NCBI GenBank assembly: GCA_008080745.1
Contig: SHMX01000003.1
Coordinates: 240,001-272,000, forward strand
Length of the DNA: 32,000 bases
Source of the DNA: Candidatus Thorarchaeota archaeon
GTDB lineage: Archaea; Asgardarchaeota; Thorarchaeia; Thorarchaeales; Thorarchaeaceae
Direction of reading: 5' to 3'
In this document: in pieces, positions 27,886 through 32,000 of the stretch
Layout of the letters: each line of letters starts with the position of its first letter
Position numbering within the stretch: the first letter of the stretch is position 1
Program-made: the position numbers and the translations under genes
The notes under the pieces: generated by a model
Database searches by the model: none
Seen by the model: the letters and a program-made list of their open reading frames with translations, nothing else
Told to the model about the DNA's origin: nothing

Positions 27886-28602
27886 CTAGTTCTCTTTTTC
27901 TAGTGGAGTTTTATTTTCTTCAGATTCTTTCATGAAGAAAGTAAGCAATAAGACATACCCAACCATGGGCAGAATAAAGTTGAGTGTGACACTTAGAAAG
28001 TATATGATTCCCATACTAAGAGCTAAGATTATCCAAGCAAAGGGAAACAAAACGAGATACCTTCCTAAAAATTTGGTAAGCTTTGGATCTGTGGTCTTCC
28101 GATAGATTTCGAGAAAAGCCCGCCCAAGAATAATAAATCCACTAAAGAATAGTATCATACTAGAAAGTGCAAGAAACATGGATTCGGGATCTGTAGGGGT
28201 ACGTACTGCAAAAGAAAAAAGAGAATATAGGAATATTAAGAGCCCACTAGCCACAAAAAGGTCTTGATTATGCTCATTTCTCAAATGAATTAATGCTGCG
28301 AACAAGAGAGATGATCCAACAATAAACGCAATTTTGAACAGAATGGTATGAATTAGAACCCCTGTGAAAAAGAATACAAAATAAGAAGCGGAATCAATCG
28401 TGATTAAAACCATTACACCAAGTGTACCCCAAAGCATCGATTCGTTCCTTGAAGTTGAACCCTTATCACAATCAGGACATATCACTATCCCATTGACTGT
28501 TAGTTGACATTCCTCACAGATCGGACGAGTACACCGATTACAGGCAAAAGGTGTTTCTCTATCGGGGTGATAGTAGCAGGATACCATTATGATTTGCTCC
28601 AA
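27886..28602 (-). CDS. Membrane protein with N-terminal B-box-like zinc finger
   Basis: CYYHPDRETPFACNRCTRPICEEC...CPDC followed by about 6 TM segments. The start may be ATG 28587. Confidence 0.82.
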   Translation of the reverse strand: MEQIIMVSCYYHPDRETPFACNRCTRPICEECQLTVNGIVICPDCDKGSTSRNESMLWGTLGVMVLITIDSASYFVFFFTGVLIHTILFKIAFIVGSSLLFAALIHLRNEHNQDLFVASGLLIFLYSLFSFAVRTPTDPESMFLALSSMILFFSGFIILGRAFLEIYRKTTDPKLTKFLGRYLVLFPFAWIILALSMGIIYFLSVTLNFILPMVGYVLLLTFFMKESEENKTPLEKEN

Positions 28603-28732
28603 TTATCCTAAATGTTCTCATAACATAGATGGAGTTAAGGGTTTTCTAAATTCGCCATCTCCTTTTCAAGAATACTTCTTTGTTACAACAATACACTAAT
28701 ACGTTCTAACACGAATATAGTTAACGATAGTT

Positions 28733-29161
28733 ATGCCACATTTCGGTCTAATCCCTCATGGTCTATCTCCAAAAGAAGAGCTTATGTTTAGAGCTAAGCT
28801 TCATGTTCGAGGAGGAAGGATAAGATATGAACGAGGGGAGATTCCGGATGCTATTGCTGCATTCTATGACTCATTTATTTCTGCAATGCGGAGTAAAGCG
28901 ATGGATCACTCTGACAAGATAGATGATAGTGATGATGAAAAGGAACTCTTCAATTTTCTTAGAGAAAAGGGAATAATCAACTCATTCACAGAAGACGACT
29001 TTGAATCATTCCAAGATTTACTTGATAGGGCATTTAGGAACGTTGTTGTATCCCAAGAGCTTGGAAATTTTCTTGATACCTTTAATCGGGTGATGTCTGA
29101 ATTAGGGGTTATCCCCATCAAAGATGGAGAACTCCCTGAGGAACAATCGGTCACGCTATAG
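28733..29161 (+). CDS. Hypothetical alpha-helical protein
   Basis: 142-aa ORF with ATG start and protein-like composition. Overlaps the convergent gene by 11 nt. Confidence 0.75.
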   Translation: MPHFGLIPHGLSPKEELMFRAKLHVRGGRIRYERGEIPDAIAAFYDSFISAMRSKAMDHSDKIDDSDDEKELFNFLREKGIINSFTEDDFESFQDLLDRAFRNVVVSQELGNFLDTFNRVMSELGVIPIKDGELPEEQSVTL

Positions 29162-30401
29162 CATCTTTTCCAAGAGTAAATTTGAAAAATGACCTGAATC
29201 TATGTTCGTAATCACCCAATACAATGATATGATGATTAGCAATTGATTGCTTCAGAAAGTATTCTATTGGTTGATGCATTTTGATTCGAATTTGTGTCCT
29301 GCATCCATCCTCGTTTTCCTGATTGTCTATAATAGTTCCTTTGGAAACCCAATAATCAGTTAGATCAAACCCACCGACTTTTACAATGGTAACTTCTTGA
29401 GGTTTGAATCTACCTCTTATTGCCACACTTGAATCGGTCTCGAAATGTGTTACCAAATCGTGCGACTCCACCATACTTCTAGGGAGTGTACAATGAGCAA
29501 AAGTTGTAGTATTTTCTTCTTCATCAACTGCAATAACATTAGCCATAAATGATGGGTTTCCAGTGAGTAGTTTCACGATGAACATAGTAAAGGTTGAAGG
29601 AATATCTCCCTCGCAACCCGCCACTAAATCTTCTCGTTCATTAAGTACAGATAGAGCGTTACAAGCTGTAACTCCAGTTCCTTCGAATAGTGAAAAACAT
29701 TGGATTGTCAATGCATCAATCTTTTCTAGTGAGAGAATATTTTCAAGTCCGTTCAATACTCTGATTGATTGATTTACAGACTGCCTAGATACTTCAACTT
29801 GTTCAGCATTATTCAAAAAAATGTCAAGAGAATCTTTACTTGATTCATCATAGAGAGATTGAGAGATAACCTCTAAATCAAAGGGGATAATCTTCATGCC
29901 CCAATTCTTTTCAACAGTTCTGTGTTCTACTTCTGACGCAATCAGCCATGAGGACGGTTCTCCAACGACTAACATCTTTGATTCTTTTATTCTAGAAACT
30001 ATCTCTGTAAAGTCAACCCAAACTTCCAGTTGTTCTACTAGTTCCTCCAAAGTACCATGAACAATCTCACCTTCTAATTCCTCCTTCTGAAGGTAAGCTC
30101 TAATCTCCATTGATGCGGGCAGGGAATTATTGCTAGGATGACTGAATAGAATAATTGATTCAGGAGGAGATATTTCTTCTAGGAAATCTTTTACATTTTG
30201 TTCAGTACCTCCCGTTCCAATGAATAGGTATAGTCGTTTCCCATAACTTCGATCAGAAGAAAAACGAGATGTGTATTCTTTAGCAGAATAGAGTTGAACA
30301 CCATCTATAGCAATCTTTTCAGATATATTGGATACAACCTCATCGGGAGCGATAATTGAGAAGAAAGTAATTATTGGAAGAGGCATGCAAATATGTGCCA
30401 T
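29151..30401 (-). CDS. L-fucose/L-arabinose isomerase-like family protein (substrate unknown)
   Basis: GCEGDIP, FAHCT, THFE, CRTQ and NHHIIVLGD motifs typical of the FucI/AraA C-terminal family. Confidence 0.8.
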   Translation of the reverse strand: MAHICMPLPIITFFSIIAPDEVVSNISEKIAIDGVQLYSAKEYTSRFSSDRSYGKRLYLFIGTGGTEQNVKDFLEEISPPESIILFSHPSNNSLPASMEIRAYLQKEELEGEIVHGTLEELVEQLEVWVDFTEIVSRIKESKMLVVGEPSSWLIASEVEHRTVEKNWGMKIIPFDLEVISQSLYDESSKDSLDIFLNNAEQVEVSRQSVNQSIRVLNGLENILSLEKIDALTIQCFSLFEGTGVTACNALSVLNEREDLVAGCEGDIPSTFTMFIVKLLTGNPSFMANVIAVDEEENTTTFAHCTLPRSMVESHDLVTHFETDSSVAIRGRFKPQEVTIVKVGGFDLTDYWVSKGTIIDNQENEDGCRTQIRIKMHQPIEYFLKQSIANHHIIVLGDYEHRFRSFFKFTLGKDAIA

Positions 30402-30424
30402 TCAAATCCTAAGAGGATTTCGTT

Positions 30425-30988
30425 TCATTCGATTGAGCATAATACAGAATCAAGCTGGCATACCAGACAGTCAATTTTTTTGTTCCTTAGACAGAGAGTA
30501 ATCATATCCCAGTAGACCTGATTTGAGAAGTCTAACTCTATCAAAGAATATAGATACTCAAGTGCTTGATGAAATGCTTTCCGTAATATTGCTAATCTTG
30601 CTAGACTAAGAAGACTCTCTTTATCGGTTTGATCCAACTCAAATGCCATCCTAAATGATGACTCTGCTTCAGAAACATTTCCTTGTATCTGACGTACCTT
30701 AGCCCAGAGACGCCAAGTCCAGGAATTGCTTGTATCAAGTTCCAACGACTGTTGAATAGCACTCGCTGAGTCTGAAATTTGATCTGTCAACATATAGACG
30801 ATAGCCAAAATGTTCCAAGTCTTCGAATCGAGAAAATCCAAAGACATCAATGACACACATTTCCGAAATATACCTGAATCGTCTGGGGTAAGTCGCTTAG
30901 CTTCAGAATTATCATCTTCAGATTGATCCAGTAACTGAAATAACTCTGATGCATCACTTCCGGTTGTACTCATGATTAGACCTCGCAC
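30425..30988 (-). CDS. TPR-like repeat protein
   Basis: AIQQSLELDTSNSWTWRLWAKV, FRMAFELDQTDKESLLSLARL. The start may be MSTTG. Confidence 0.75.
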   Translation of the reverse strand: MRGLIMSTTGSDASELFQLLDQSEDDNSEAKRLTPDDSGIFRKCVSLMSLDFLDSKTWNILAIVYMLTDQISDSASAIQQSLELDTSNSWTWRLWAKVRQIQGNVSEAESSFRMAFELDQTDKESLLSLARLAILRKAFHQALEYLYSLIELDFSNQVYWDMITLCLRNKKIDCLVCQLDSVLCSIE

Positions 30989-31423
30989 CTACAAAAATAT
31001 GGTATTAAAATTACTAGAAGTTTGGGAAGAAATATTCCAAGAATTAAGAGTATTTTAAATATAATTTTATGATTTCATAGCCGTCCACTATAGAAAATAA
31101 GTTTTATGAACTCATATAATAATTAAATAAAGACCCCATAAATATCATTGATTGTCGGTTTTGCTAATTAGTTGCCTTTTGTAACCGTTCATTGTTTAGT
31201 GGACAATCTTGGACATCAGAGCGTTGGCCTCCCAGGTAACGGCACTGGGTGAGACTCTGTCCTGGTCAGGGATACTATGTCTTTCAACCATATCTTTCCT
31301 CCGTATCAAGCTATATAAACCCCTATCGGAATCGGTCCAGCAATGTCCAAGTTTTAAGAAGCTGTTCGCAACCCCGAAAAGACACAATACTGATGACCAA
31401 ATTATCGGTGAAATAATTACTTC

Positions 31424-32000
31424 TCAAAGAGATGGGGGCTGAAAACCACCTAACATCTCTTCAAGATAACTTCCCAGCTTTAGTATTAGGCTCTCGTTTC
31501 CATGATTTGAAATGACTTGAAATCCAATAGGTAATCCAGTATTGGTAGTTCCACCAGAGAGAGCTACAGAAGGTAATCCAACCAAACTGTAAGGATGAGT
31601 GTAGCTTAGCAATTCCAAAGGATTGAATTCACTACTTGAAGATTCACCATGAGGAAAAGCAGGAATGGCAGAGATAGGACAGATAATTGCATCATACTTC
31701 TTCATGAACTGGAGTATTTTACTTCGATATGTATCCCACTTGATACTCCAGAAATAGAATTCTAAACCAAGCATAGCTCCATCGCCTTTTGCAGTCTTTG
31801 CTTTTGCTAACCAGGAGTCTGCGAGATTGTATATTTTATCAGGATACATCTCAATAGGCTCTTCCCATTCACGAATCTCAGGAATCGTATCTCGATCTAT
31901 GTTTGCGGAGAATCGATTGAGTCCACCACCAACATCGTAGAATTCGTGAGTTGCTGGAGGATATTTCTCTTCAAGGTCCAAATCAAGCTTCTCCAGACTC
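31424..32000 (-). CDS. Amidase-signature (GatA-like) family protein, C-terminal part, partial
   Basis: YDAIICP...AFPHG, YTHPYSLVGLPSVAL, GLPIGFQVI. The frame stays open upstream of 31981 to the window edge. Confidence 0.85.
   Translation of the reverse strand, partial: SLEKLDLDLEEKYPPATHEFYDVGGGLNRFSANIDRDTIPEIREWEEPIEMYPDKIYNLADSWLAKAKTAKGDGAMLGLEFYFWSIKWDTYRSKILQFMKKYDAIICPISAIPAFPHGESSSSEFNPLELLSYTHPYSLVGLPSVALSGGTTNTGLPIGFQVISNHGNESLILKLGSYLEEMLGGFQPPSL

Noticed and set aside
31209-31442. 77-aa plus-strand ORF
   Set aside because: TTG start without a convincing SD, overlap with the amidase stop, and no recognisable features.
1-32000. Mobile elements, CRISPR arrays, rRNA/tRNA, Sec/Pyl readthrough
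   Set aside because: No transposase or integrase motifs, repeat-spacer arrays, tRNA T-loop cloverleafs or interrupted conserved ORFs were seen by eye.

Overview
Gene-dense archaeal chromosomal window. GAGGTGA-type SD motifs, an archaeal RecJ-like DHH protein, MTAP and many TPR proteins make an Asgard archaeon my inference, which is not verified. Both ends are partial genes (HAD-IIA hydrolase, amidase). The left half is mostly housekeeping and salvage: cupin, DHH/RecJ-like, NUDIX, MsrA, phosphoribosyltransferase, MTAP, FNR-like oxidoreductase, nitrilase, MazG-like pyrophosphatase, PLD, ferredoxin and an APC permease. The right half carries a uvrB-uvrA-uvrA-uvrC cluster. No rRNA, tRNA, CRISPR array or transposase was recognised. 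Most notable: (1) two unannotated Asp/Glu/Trp-rich microproteins (32 and 34 aa, both ending DDW) flank a strongly basic 296-aa protein with a possible Cas2/ChrB_N-like fold; (2) the intergenic region ahead of uvrB is hairpin-packed, and a 12-bp stem buries the uvrB SD; (3) two full-length, divergent, translationally coupled UvrA paralogs show complementary motif loss; (4) a PRMT-like methyltransferase has a double-E loop; (5) a protein resembles the Vps28 C-terminal domain. All family calls come from motif recognition by eye, not database searches.
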